Below are positions 8,869 to 17,705 of a stretch of 64,000 nucleotides of DNA, in pieces; within the stretch, counting starts at the first letter, position 1, and each line of letters starts with the position of its first letter. The notes under the pieces were generated by a model, which was not told the origin of the DNA, ran no database searches, and saw only the letters and a list, made by a program, of their open reading frames with translations. The translations under genes were made by a program, and so were the position numbers. Source of the stretch: an uncultured Acidobacteriaceae bacterium (GTDB lineage Bacteria > Acidobacteriota > Terriglobia > Terriglobales > Acidobacteriaceae). Location of the stretch: NCBI GenBank assembly GCA_964252655.1, contig CAXUNR010000001.1:151863-215862 (forward strand). The letters run 5' to 3'.

Positions 8869-11547
8869 TCAGAAGGTCGCCACTTCCACTACCAGTTCGT
8901 CGACGGCGATGTTCATGGCTTGGCCGAGACGCTTGAACTCGTCTTTCCATGGCCGTGAAAGATAGTCGCCGTCCACACGGCAGAGCAGGTCGTTCCAGAT
9001 ATTTTGCGCCTGCCAGAGGACTACTTCAAATGGCATGAAGCGGATGAGGTCTGCGATAGCCAGCGCCTCGAGCAGTGCTGCCCGGGCTGCCTGTGTGTTC
9101 GCTCCTGCCATCTCGGCTTCCAGCTTGACCATCGCGCGCTTCATGCGCTGGCTGGCCGCAAAGGCGAGGATCGGCGCATCCAGGGTCACCCGGTCATTGG
9201 CTCCGCGATGCAGCAGATCGGCGACTGCCTCTGCATCGAACGGCTCGGCCTCGATGGCGCGTCGCAGGCTGGCGTTGGTGGCAAAGCTGGCCGCAAGCGC
9301 CAGTGCCGGCGGAGGATTTACACCGGATTCGGTGAGGAAGTGCAGCAGCGAGGCATGATCCTCGTAGATTTTGCGCAGCGAATCTTCCATCTCGCCTACG
9401 GTTTGGTTGAGGATCGTACGTAGAATGCGGTGCTGCTCGTCGGCAAAGAGGCTGGCCAGCGAGTAGGAGGTGGGGGCCTTGCCGTTGGCCCTGCCGCTGA
9501 TTTTGCCGCTCATACCGGCCTGCTCCTGCGCACCTGGGACCTGAGCCGAATTTCGCGCTGGGTCCGCGCTTGGCGGTTCCTGCGCAGGTTCGCTGGTCAT
9601 CGAGAAGAAGCGATCGATGAGGCGGATAACCTCCGGCAAATTGGCCTTGCGGATGGCGGCGCGCACCTCGGAGGAGAAAGCGACGAAGGCTGGCTCGTCC
9701 GCCTCGGTGTAGCGTCGCACCGCGGCCGAGAGGTTCTGGTCGCCGAGGTGCAGGACGGCGTAGCAGATCTCCTCCTGCTCCTCCGTGATGCGGGAGCGTA
9801 GACGCGCACGACCGAGCGCGACCCGACCACGGCCTGATGTGAAGACCTCATGCCCGTCACGATGGACCTCAAAGCAGAACAGCTCGCCGTCTTCGGGGTA
9901 GTTGCGAAAGACCGAGGAGATGGCGTAGTGTGCGCCCACCTGCTCCAGACCGATGCGCAGGCCGGTGACGTACTGCGTGTAGACCTCCGCGCCATCTTTC
10001 AGGTCGGGAGCGTTCGGCCTGGCCTCGGCCAGGATGGCTAGAAACTCCGCTTCGAGCGAAGCGCCTTCCGCACCGAAGAGCTTTGCGGCGAGCTGAATGA
10101 CGCGTCCGGCGTAGGCGATGATCTGTACGGTCTCGATGCCGGAGATCTCGTCGAAGAACCAGCCGCAGGAGGTGTACATCAGCTGCGCGTGCCGCTCCAT
10201 CTCCATGATTTCAAGCACCGTGATGCGCTCTTCGGGGGTCAGCGGACGGGCCTGCTGAGCCTCAAAGAAGCGCGCGATGGCGGCCGCAGAGCGGTCGAGC
10301 ACTACGTGAATGTAGGCGTCGCGCGCGGCCCATAGATCCTTGAGCAGTCCTTCTGTCCGGTGCTCGGCCAGGGATGCGGTGCGGTCGCGCAGCAGGTCGA
10401 GCGCGTCCCTGAGCGGCTTGCGCCAGCGCTGGTTCCAGCCCGGCTTGCCGCCGTTGCAGCCGCAGTCGGAGCGCCAGCGTTCCACTCCGTGCGCGCACGA
10501 CCAGGAGGTGTTCTCGGCGACCTCGGCCTCCCACGTGGGCGGGAAGCGCTCCAGGAACTCGCCGTAGTTGGTCAGCTCGGCGAGACCCTGCTCCTCGATG
10601 TAGTGCATGGCGAAGGAGAGCGCCATCTCACCATGCTTATGGTGGTGGCCATAGGACTCGCCGTCGGTGGCCACGTGCGAGAGCTGGGCGGGGCGATCTC
10701 CCGGCGTGGGAGGCGTGGTGCGGAGGCCTCCCAGCAGACGCCCGGCGAACTTTTCTCCGGAGTCCAGCAGGCCCTCGAAGGCGATGGCACGCGAGGGCGG
10801 ACCGTCGTAGAAGAAGATGGCGATGGAGCGGCCTCCGTCGAGCTTGACCAGGTAGGGCTGGCTGGGGTCGACCGAGGCGTCCGGCGTGGGAGTCCACGGC
10901 AGCTCCGGTGGTGCGGATGCGTTATCCGGGGAAGGTGCGAGCCGCCGTACGTGGGCGCACTGGTTGGGCGCGAGAATGGTGAACTTTATGCCTTCGCGGG
11001 CCATCAGGTCGAGCACCTCGCGATTGACGGCGGTCTCAGCCAGCCACATGCCCTCCGGCTTGCGCCCGAAGCGGAATTCGAAGTCGGCGATGCCCCAGCG
11101 GATTTGCGTGATCGCGTCCCGGCGGCTGGCCAGCGGCATGATGATGTGGTTGTACACCTGGGCGATCGCCGAGCCGTGGCCCGCGTACCGTTGAGCGCTG
11201 GTCCGGTCGGCGTCGAGGATCATCCGGTAGGCGCGGGGCGCTTTGTCGTGGAGCCAACTCAGCAGCGTCGGGCCGAAATTGAAGCTCATCCGGGCGTAGT
11301 TGTTGACGATGCGGACGATCTCATTGCGCTTATTCTGGATGCGCGAGGCACCGTTGGGGGCGTAGCACTCGGCCGTAATGCGGTCATTCCAATCGTGATA
11401 GGGCGCGGCTGATTCCTGCACTTCGACCACCTCCAGCCAGGGGTTTTCGCGCGGCGGCTGGTAGAAATGGCCGTGCACGCAGACAAAGCGGAGGGGGGCG
11501 GAGTCTGGCTTCGGGGAAAGAGGAGCGGCAGCTTGTGTCTTCAGCAT
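8869..11547 (-). CDS. Glycoside hydrolase family 57 protein with a C-terminal DUF3536-like region
   Basis: 892 aa. The N-terminus FVCVHGHFYQPPRENPW...YHDWNDRITAECYAPN is the GH57 signature. A long alpha-helical C-terminal extension follows. Confidence 0.85.
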   Translation of the reverse strand: MLKTQAAAPLSPKPDSAPLRFVCVHGHFYQPPRENPWLEVVEVQESAAPYHDWNDRITAECYAPNGASRIQNKRNEIVRIVNNYARMSFNFGPTLLSWLHDKAPRAYRMILDADRTSAQRYAGHGSAIAQVYNHIIMPLASRRDAITQIRWGIADFEFRFGRKPEGMWLAETAVNREVLDLMAREGIKFTILAPNQCAHVRRLAPSPDNASAPPELPWTPTPDASVDPSQPYLVKLDGGRSIAIFFYDGPPSRAIAFEGLLDSGEKFAGRLLGGLRTTPPTPGDRPAQLSHVATDGESYGHHHKHGEMALSFAMHYIEEQGLAELTNYGEFLERFPPTWEAEVAENTSWSCAHGVERWRSDCGCNGGKPGWNQRWRKPLRDALDLLRDRTASLAEHRTEGLLKDLWAARDAYIHVVLDRSAAAIARFFEAQQARPLTPEERITVLEIMEMERHAQLMYTSCGWFFDEISGIETVQIIAYAGRVIQLAAKLFGAEGASLEAEFLAILAEARPNAPDLKDGAEVYTQYVTGLRIGLEQVGAHYAISSVFRNYPEDGELFCFEVHRDGHEVFTSGRGRVALGRARLRSRITEEQEEICYAVLHLGDQNLSAAVRRYTEADEPAFVAFSSEVRAAIRKANLPEVIRLIDRFFSMTSEPAQEPPSADPARNSAQVPGAQEQAGMSGKISGRANGKAPTSYSLASLFADEQHRILRTILNQTVGEMEDSLRKIYEDHASLLHFLTESGVNPPPALALAASFATNASLRRAIEAEPFDAEAVADLLHRGANDRVTLDAPILAFAASQRMKRAMVKLEAEMAGANTQAARAALLEALAIADLIRFMPFEVVLWQAQNIWNDLLCRVDGDYLSRPWKDEFKRLGQAMNIAVDELVVEVATF

Positions 11548-11667
11548 GTCGATCTCTTGATGCTACCGGAACGGGGAGCCTACGCTGCCAGGAGGCTGCC
11601 TCAGAGCGGTATAACTCCATTACAAATAAGGCTTGTGAGCAGGTTATAACATTGTTATAAGTAAGGG

Positions 11668-11889
11668 ATGCAGACCAAAGTTCGCAAAGTTGGCAATGGC
11701 TATGGAGTGCTGCTTCCCAAGCAGCTTTTGGAAGAGCTTGCGCTCAAGGAGGGTTCTATGCTGGATGTCGAAAAGGTTGACGGAACGTATCGGATCAAGC
11801 CTCTCGATGAGGAGTTTACCCGCCAGGTAGAAGCCTTTCTGCGAACGGAAGCGCTGCATCGCAACACCTACCGCGCATTGGCGAAGTGA
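11668..11889 (+). CDS. AbrB/MazE/SpoVT-type antitoxin (partner of Doc)
   Basis: 73 aa. KVRKVGNGYGVLLPKQLLEEL is the swapped-hairpin SpoVT/AbrB motif. Its stop overlaps the downstream GTG start by 4 nt (GTGA). Confidence 0.8.
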   Translation: MQTKVRKVGNGYGVLLPKQLLEELALKEGSMLDVEKVDGTYRIKPLDEEFTRQVEAFLRTEALHRNTYRALAK

Positions 11890-12287
11890 GTTTCCGGTTC
11901 GTTCGAGGGGACGTGCTGCGGAATGTTCATGGGCGATTGGTCGAGCGCTACGGGGGACTCGCCGGTATCCGCGACGAAAATGCCTTGGAGTCTTCCGTCA
12001 GCCGGCCGCGCAATCTCGAAGCGTACCGTGAAGTGACGACTGCTGCCGGGTTGGGTGCTGCGCTGACCTGGTCACTGTTGCGCAATCATCCCTTCGTGGA
12101 TGGGAACAAGCGGGTTTCATTTGCGGCGCTCACTATTTTTCTGGAGCTCAATGGCCATCGCCTAACCTGTTCGGAGGTGGAAGAGACCGGAATGGTGCTG
12201 CGCGCGGCGGCTGGCGATATCAGCGAAGACGAATGGACTTCCTGGGTGGTGCGAAGCGTTGCTCCAAAGGATCCTGAACTTCGCTGA
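11886..12287 (+). CDS. doc: Fic/Doc-family death-on-curing toxin
   Basis: 133 aa with the Fic motif variant HPFVDGNKRVSF. It is translationally coupled to the upstream antitoxin. Confidence 0.85.
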   Translation: MSFRFVRGDVLRNVHGRLVERYGGLAGIRDENALESSVSRPRNLEAYREVTTAAGLGAALTWSLLRNHPFVDGNKRVSFAALTIFLELNGHRLTCSEVEETGMVLRAAAGDISEDEWTSWVVRSVAPKDPELR

Positions 12288-12302
12288 TCTCCTCTGGCAG
12301 GC

Positions 12303-13031
12303 TTAGGTGTTCTTGGCTGCCTTGTCCGCGTTGGCTAGATCGCACGCACGCCACAGATACCAGCTCGCCACCGAGCACCAGGGATGCCATTTGCGGGCGC
12401 GCTTTCCCATCGCCTCCGGTTTGGGCAGGTCGAGCGGCGAAAACTTGTCCGTCGGCTTGAGTTTGCCGAATGTGAGGGCGAAGCCTTTCCGAACGCCGTA
12501 GTCGCTGGTGGGGAGAATATCCGGGCGGCCCAGGCGAAAGATCAGGAACATCTCTACCGTCCAGCGGCCGATACCGCGCACCTGCGTCAGGTGCGCGATG
12601 ATTTCGTCCTCCGACATGCGCCGAATGCGTGCCAGCGAGGGCACTGTGCCGTCGAGGGTCTTGGCGGCAAGATCGCGGATGGCGAGCGCCTTATTATGCG
12701 AGAGGCCGGCCTGCCGCAGTTGCTCGTTGGGCGCTTCGAGTAGATGCTGCGCAGTGGGATGCGGCGCAAGGTGCGCTGGATTACCGCCTGGCTCGGCAAA
12801 GCTTCCTAGGAGCCTGGCGTGGATAGCAGCGGCTGCTTTGCCATGCAGCTGCTGGTAGACGATCGATTCAAGGAGGGCCTCAAAGGGGGAAAGAGAGCTG
12901 GCGAGCTTCAAGGTGAAGGGCCCGGCACGTTCAATCAATCGGCCCAGTTTAGGGTCAGCCTGCGCGAGCTCCCGCAGCGCCACGGCGGAATCGTAGGCTG
13001 GAGTGCGCGGACGTTTGAGGGTACGAGCCAT
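12303..13031 (-). CDS. DNA-3-methyladenine glycosylase II (AlkA-like) HhH-GPD protein
   Basis: HhH-GPD core (LTQVRGIGRWTVEMFLIFRLGRPDILPTSDYGVRKG). The ATG at 13031 has a purine-rich SD (GAGAGAG). The alternative upstream start at 13064 lies inside a strong hairpin. Confidence 0.8.
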   Translation of the reverse strand: MARTLKRPRTPAYDSAVALRELAQADPKLGRLIERAGPFTLKLASSLSPFEALLESIVYQQLHGKAAAAIHARLLGSFAEPGGNPAHLAPHPTAQHLLEAPNEQLRQAGLSHNKALAIRDLAAKTLDGTVPSLARIRRMSEDEIIAHLTQVRGIGRWTVEMFLIFRLGRPDILPTSDYGVRKGFALTFGKLKPTDKFSPLDLPKPEAMGKRARKWHPWCSVASWYLWRACDLANADKAAKNT

Positions 13032-13055
13032 GCTCTCTCGAGCGTATCGCAGCGG

Positions 13056-13087
13056 CACCTGCAACGGCTTTCAAGCCGTTGCAGGTG
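13056..13087. promoter_or_regulatory. Perfect 13-bp-stem hairpin in the alkA/act divergent region
   Basis: cacctgcaacggc (13056-13068), loop tttcaa, then gccgttgcaggtg (13075-13087). The stem extends to 14 bp with g13055/c13088. A third GCAGGTG copy is at 13101-13107. Confidence 0.5.
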
Positions 13088-13509
13088 CTGCCTTCTTATG
13101 GCAGGTGAGTGAGCCGGGGTGCGCGGGTCGTAAAAACTCTTCCTACGCAAAGCCGGGGTAGAAGATGCAGGATGGTTTTTTGAGCCAATGAAGTAGGACC
13201 TAAGTGGTTCTGTTTACAAGCTAGATACACGAATTCGGAGCGATTAAGCACCTTTTCCTGTGCATCCAGTTTTGACTCGTTTCGATAATCGAATGTTCCG
13301 TATGAAAAATGAAGATGCGGCACGGGAGCGTAATACCGCTCTAGAATCCTGACTGCTATATTGAGAGTTCAAAGGTCCTGAACGTACTGATGGCAGTACG
13401 AGGGATATGGTTTCCGTCACCCAGGATGCCAGCACATTAAGACTCGATTCTTCTCGGTTTGGTTGCGGGTAAACCGGGAAGCCGAATTAGAGGAAGCAGG
13501 AAGCAACTC

Positions 13510-14469
13510 ATGGCGCAAGTCTTCGATCGCAATTCGAACGCCCTGGCCCGTGCGAGCCTTGTGCTCACCGGAGTGATTGTTATCGCGGTAGGCATTGGTT
13601 TGAACTCGCTGCAGCGCTCGCCGTGGGTCACCCGGCAGGGGCAACGTCCGGATCAGCCGGTCGCGTTCAGTCATAAGCACCACGTTGAGGGGCTTGGTCT
13701 GCAGTGTCAGTACTGTCACACGCAGGTGGAGAAGGCGGCTTATGCCGGCGTTCCTCCTACCAAGACCTGTATCAACTGTCACGCGCAGATCTGGACCAAT
13801 GCACAGTTGCTACAACCGGTCCGTGACAGTTGGGCTACAGGCGAGTCTATTCGCTGGATCCGCATCCACGATCTGCCGGACTATGTGTACTTCAATCACT
13901 ATATTCATGTAAACAAGGGCATTGGCTGCTCCAGTTGTCATGGGCGCGTGGACGAGATGCCGCTGATGTATCAGCAGAATTCGTTGCAGATGGAATGGTG
14001 CTTGAACTGCCATCGCAACCCGGCAGTGAATCTGCGCCCGACGAGCGAGATCTACAACATGGCGTGGGCCGGACCTTCTTCGAACAAGCCGGTATGGTGT
14101 GCTGACACAACACGCAAGGCTGGGGCTAACAGCTATGGTCCACAGGGCCAGCGCATTCCAACGGCACAAGCCATCAGCTGTACCACGAAGGATCCAAGCC
14201 GCGACAATCCGCAGATTGCAATGCTCCAGCAACTGGACTTTCATCCGCGCAGCATGGGTCACACCAATCCCGGCTCCGGCACATATATGGACCCGCACGC
14301 GACGAGCCCGGACGTAAATGCAACCGGGGTGCCTCCGGCAGAGATTGTACCTCTTCCGGTCAGCTACCAGAAGTTCACGACGCAGGTGGATCTTGGCCGC
14401 TACTTGACAGCGCAGTATCACATCCGCGACGCAAACCAGCTGTCCAGCTGTGAGGTATGCCACCGATGA
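13510..14469 (+). CDS. actA: Alternative complex III subunit ActA (pentaheme cytochrome c)
   Basis: Five CxxCH motifs (CQYCH, CINCH, CSSCH, CLNCH, CEVCH) and an N-terminal TM anchor. ATG at 13510 follows AGGAAG. The ORF track starts at a TTG at 13459. Confidence 0.85.
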   Translation: MAQVFDRNSNALARASLVLTGVIVIAVGIGLNSLQRSPWVTRQGQRPDQPVAFSHKHHVEGLGLQCQYCHTQVEKAAYAGVPPTKTCINCHAQIWTNAQLLQPVRDSWATGESIRWIRIHDLPDYVYFNHYIHVNKGIGCSSCHGRVDEMPLMYQQNSLQMEWCLNCHRNPAVNLRPTSEIYNMAWAGPSSNKPVWCADTTRKAGANSYGPQGQRIPTAQAISCTTKDPSRDNPQIAMLQQLDFHPRSMGHTNPGSGTYMDPHATSPDVNATGVPPAEIVPLPVSYQKFTTQVDLGRYLTAQYHIRDANQLSSCEVCHR

Positions 14470-17400
14470 GCAACGTACCGTTGGAGACCATGAAGAATCC
14501 GCAGCAGACCGAAGCGACGCAGAGGCACGAAGGCCAGGGAAATAGTGCGCAAGTGGTTACGAATATTGCTCCGGCGCCACAGCCCAAGATGACGCTTGAT
14601 GCGGTTCGGACGAAGCTTGCCGGGCAGGCGGGCCGGCGCTTTTGGAAGAATTTGGACGAGCTTGCAGCAACGCCCGAGTTCAACGAGTTGATGGCGGAGG
14701 AGTTCCCGCGGCAGACCGGCTCAGTGTTCGGGCAGGGTGAGTGGGTCGATCCAGTTTCGCGTCGCGGTTTCCTGAAGGTGATGGGCGCGTCGTTGGCCTT
14801 TGCCGGGATGGCCGGCTGTACCAAGCAGCCTGATGAGCCGATCTACCCGTACATCCGCCAGCCGGAAGACCTGGTGCTTGGCCAGGCAAAGTACTTTGCG
14901 ACCGCGCACCCCTTCCCGACGGGAGCGATTCCGATCTTGGTGAAATCGGACGCGTTCCGGCCGATCAAGCTGGAGGGCAACCCGGATCATCCAATGTCCA
15001 AGGGTAAGTCGGACGCGATCACCCAGGGAACGTTGCTAGGGTTATATGATCCAGATCGCGCGCACGACACGATCTACAAAGACCAGACTTCGTCTTTCGG
15101 CAATTTTCAGACGGCGCTGCTCCAGGCTGTAAAGGCGATGCCGGGCGGGCAGGGACTTTATTTCCTCTCGGAAACGGTGACTTCGCCGACTCTGGCAGGC
15201 CAGTGGCAGGCTGTCCAGAAGGCTTATCCGAATGCCAAGTTTCTGCAGTGGGATGGCGTTAACCAGGACTCCTCGCGTGCGGCGTCCAAGGCTGCATTCG
15301 GCAGCTATACCGATGCGCAGTACCGGCTCGTCGACGCCGATGTCATCGTCTCGCTTGACGCAGACTTCCTGGGCGGCATTGCGCATCCAGGCTTTCTTCC
15401 CTTGGCGGCGGCCTATGCGGAGCGTCACACCTTCGACGCTGAAAATCCAACCCGGCCCATGAACCGGCTGTACGTTATCGAGAGCATGGCCTCAGTCACC
15501 GGTTTCAAGGCAGAGCATCGCCTGACCTTGAAGCCGAGCGAAATGGCTGGTTTTGCCGGCGCACTGGCATCCGGTGGCGCAGGGGGAAGTTTTTCGAATC
15601 CTGATGCTGCCAAGTTCCTGACAGCGCTGGCGACAGATTTGAAGTCGGCCAACGGTCGCTGTGTGGTCATTCCCGGCGAAGGATCTTCCCCTGAGGTGCA
15701 CCTGGCGGCCTATCGTCTGAACGCAAGCTTGGGTGCGGTGGGCAAGACGGTGGTGTACACCGAAACGGTTGCGCCGATGCCGAGCGAGCAGCTCGCAGAT
15801 TTGCGCTCATTGGCGTCTGACATTGGTGCTGGCAAGGTGCAATGGCTGGTGATGCTGGGTGGCAACCCGGTATATACGGCTCCTGCTGACCTTCACTTCG
15901 GGAACCTGGTGGACAGCGTACCCTATACAGCTCATCTGGCAAACTTTATCGATGAGACCGGTATGCATGCGACGTGGCATATCAATATGACTCATTACCT
16001 TGAGTCGTGGTCCGATGCGCGCGCTTATGACGGTACGCTTTCGATCGTGCAGCCAATGATCGAGCCGCTCTACAACGGCCATAGCGCGCACGATATCCTG
16101 CAAGGTCTGCTCGATAATCCGCAAGCTTCCGCGTATGACGCGGTGCTGGCGAATGCACGTCCCCTCCTGAAGGGCGATGCGGACGCGGCGTGGCGTAAAG
16201 CGCTGCACGATGGCTGGGTCGAAGGCACGGCCTTTACGCCGAAATCGGGCGGTGCCAACGTGAGTGCAGCGCCAGCGTCTTCCGCGAACACGTCGGGCGG
16301 CGGTCTGGAGGTCGTCTTCAAGAATGACTCTTCCCTCTACGACGGACGGTACGCCAACATTGGCTGGCTGCAGGAGTTGCCGAAGCAAGTGACCAGCATG
16401 AGCTGGGACAATGCTGCATTGATGAGCCTGACGACGCTCGAGAGATTAAAGATTGCCGAGAACGAGGCTATCGAGTTGGAGTTGAATGGTCGGCGAGTGA
16501 CTGCCCCGGTGCTTGGGGTTCCAGGCCACGCCGACGATGTCATCACTGTGCACTTTGGTGGGGGCCGGAGCGATGCCGGCCGCGTCGGCTCGGGTGTTGG
16601 TTTCAACGCCTATATGCTGCGCGGCAGCGATGCACCGAATGCCGCAATGGGCGTAAAGGTGAATCGCGGCAAAGGCAGCTACGATCTTTGCGTCACCAAA
16701 GTCCACTCGATCGAGCATCGTGGTGCCTATGCGCAGCACGATCTTGAGCATCCGGTTTCAGACAAGACCGGCACGTATTCGTTGCCGGGTCACGAAGCGC
16801 AGGAGCGATCGATCATTCGTTACGCCACGGTCTCCGAGGCGAAGGGCAAGCCGAACTTTGCGCATGAAGGAGCGAGCGGAACGCTGGTCAATAAGGTCGG
16901 ATACGGCCCGCAGGGTGAAGACCCGAAGCACGATGACAGTCTCTCCGGGGACAAGTTCGCGTACGACCATACCGATGAGTCCTCGCAGCTCCTGCAGAAT
17001 GCGTGGGCCATGTCGATCGACCTGAATAGCTGTATCGGCTGCAATGCCTGCATTGTTAGCTGTTATGCAGAGAACAACATCGCGGTGGTCGGGCGGGAGC
17101 AGGTAAAAGTCGGCCGCAACATGCAATGGATCCGTATTGATACATACTTCGAGGGTGATCTCTCTGCCCCGAAGGCGCACTTCCAACCGATGGCGTGCCA
17201 GCACTGCGAGAATGCGGGTTGTGAGCTGGTATGCCCGGTAGGCGCGACCGTGCACACGCCCGAAGGTCTGAATACCATGGTGTACAACCGCTGCGTGGGT
17301 ACGCGGTACTGCTCGAATAACTGCGCGTACAAGGTACGTCGGTTCAACTTCCTGCTGTACTCGGACTATGACACGGAGAGCCTGAAGTTCATGCGGAACC

Positions 17401-17705
17401 CGGAGGTCACGGTTCGCTCGCGCGGCGTCATGGAAAAGTGCACGTACTGTGTGCAGCGGATCGAGTCGGCCAAGCTGATGGCGGATAAAGAAAACCGTGC
17501 GGTCCGGGACGGCGAGATTATTACTGCTTGCCAGCAGGCCTGCCCGACGGACGCAATCATCTTCGGCAACAAGAATGACCGGACAAGCAAGGTAGCGCGG
17601 CGCAAGTCAGCCGAGCGTGACTACCCCGTGCTTGCCGATCTCAACTACAAGCCACGCACAACCTACACGGCAGGCGTGATTAACCCGAATCCGGAGCTGG
17701 CATAG
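14466..17705 (+). CDS. actB: Alternative complex III subunit ActB (molybdopterin-like domain fused to a 4Fe-4S domain)
   Basis: Internal Tat-like SRRGFLKVMGASLAFAGMAGC follows the RFWKNLDELAATPEFNELMAEEFP leader. The C-terminus carries Fe-S motifs (CIGCNACIVSC, CQHCENAGCELVCP, CTYCVQR). ATGA overlap with actA. Confidence 0.9.
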   Translation: MSNVPLETMKNPQQTEATQRHEGQGNSAQVVTNIAPAPQPKMTLDAVRTKLAGQAGRRFWKNLDELAATPEFNELMAEEFPRQTGSVFGQGEWVDPVSRRGFLKVMGASLAFAGMAGCTKQPDEPIYPYIRQPEDLVLGQAKYFATAHPFPTGAIPILVKSDAFRPIKLEGNPDHPMSKGKSDAITQGTLLGLYDPDRAHDTIYKDQTSSFGNFQTALLQAVKAMPGGQGLYFLSETVTSPTLAGQWQAVQKAYPNAKFLQWDGVNQDSSRAASKAAFGSYTDAQYRLVDADVIVSLDADFLGGIAHPGFLPLAAAYAERHTFDAENPTRPMNRLYVIESMASVTGFKAEHRLTLKPSEMAGFAGALASGGAGGSFSNPDAAKFLTALATDLKSANGRCVVIPGEGSSPEVHLAAYRLNASLGAVGKTVVYTETVAPMPSEQLADLRSLASDIGAGKVQWLVMLGGNPVYTAPADLHFGNLVDSVPYTAHLANFIDETGMHATWHINMTHYLESWSDARAYDGTLSIVQPMIEPLYNGHSAHDILQGLLDNPQASAYDAVLANARPLLKGDADAAWRKALHDGWVEGTAFTPKSGGANVSAAPASSANTSGGGLEVVFKNDSSLYDGRYANIGWLQELPKQVTSMSWDNAALMSLTTLERLKIAENEAIELELNGRRVTAPVLGVPGHADDVITVHFGGGRSDAGRVGSGVGFNAYMLRGSDAPNAAMGVKVNRGKGSYDLCVTKVHSIEHRGAYAQHDLEHPVSDKTGTYSLPGHEAQERSIIRYATVSEAKGKPNFAHEGASGTLVNKVGYGPQGEDPKHDDSLSGDKFAYDHTDESSQLLQNAWAMSIDLNSCIGCNACIVSCYAENNIAVVGREQVKVGRNMQWIRIDTYFEGDLSAPKAHFQPMACQHCENAGCELVCPVGATVHTPEGLNTMVYNRCVGTRYCSNNCAYKVRRFNFLLYSDYDTESLKFMRNPEVTVRSRGVMEKCTYCVQRIESAKLMADKENRAVRDGEIITACQQACPTDAIIFGNKNDRTSKVARRKSAERDYPVLADLNYKPRTTYTAGVINPNPELA

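Noticed and set aside
10360-11412. 350-aa plus-strand ORF. Similar long antisense ORFs are at 41211-42317, 51330-52289, 54015-55052, 57120-58667 and 62681-63697.
   Set aside because: All lie antisense to genes with strong family signatures (GH57, DUF457 hydrolase, TonB-dependent receptor, aminotransferase, DUF885, TlpA-like). All have the Arg/Gly/Pro/Ala-rich composition of GC-rich shadow frames.
13281-13293. Perfect 6-1-6 palindrome TTCGAT-A-ATCGAA, next to a TTGACT hexamer in the act upstream region. I considered it as a possible operator or promoter.
   Set aside because: Roughly 15 such 6-bp-arm palindromes are expected by chance in 64 kb. No properly spaced -10 element could be paired with the TTGACT.
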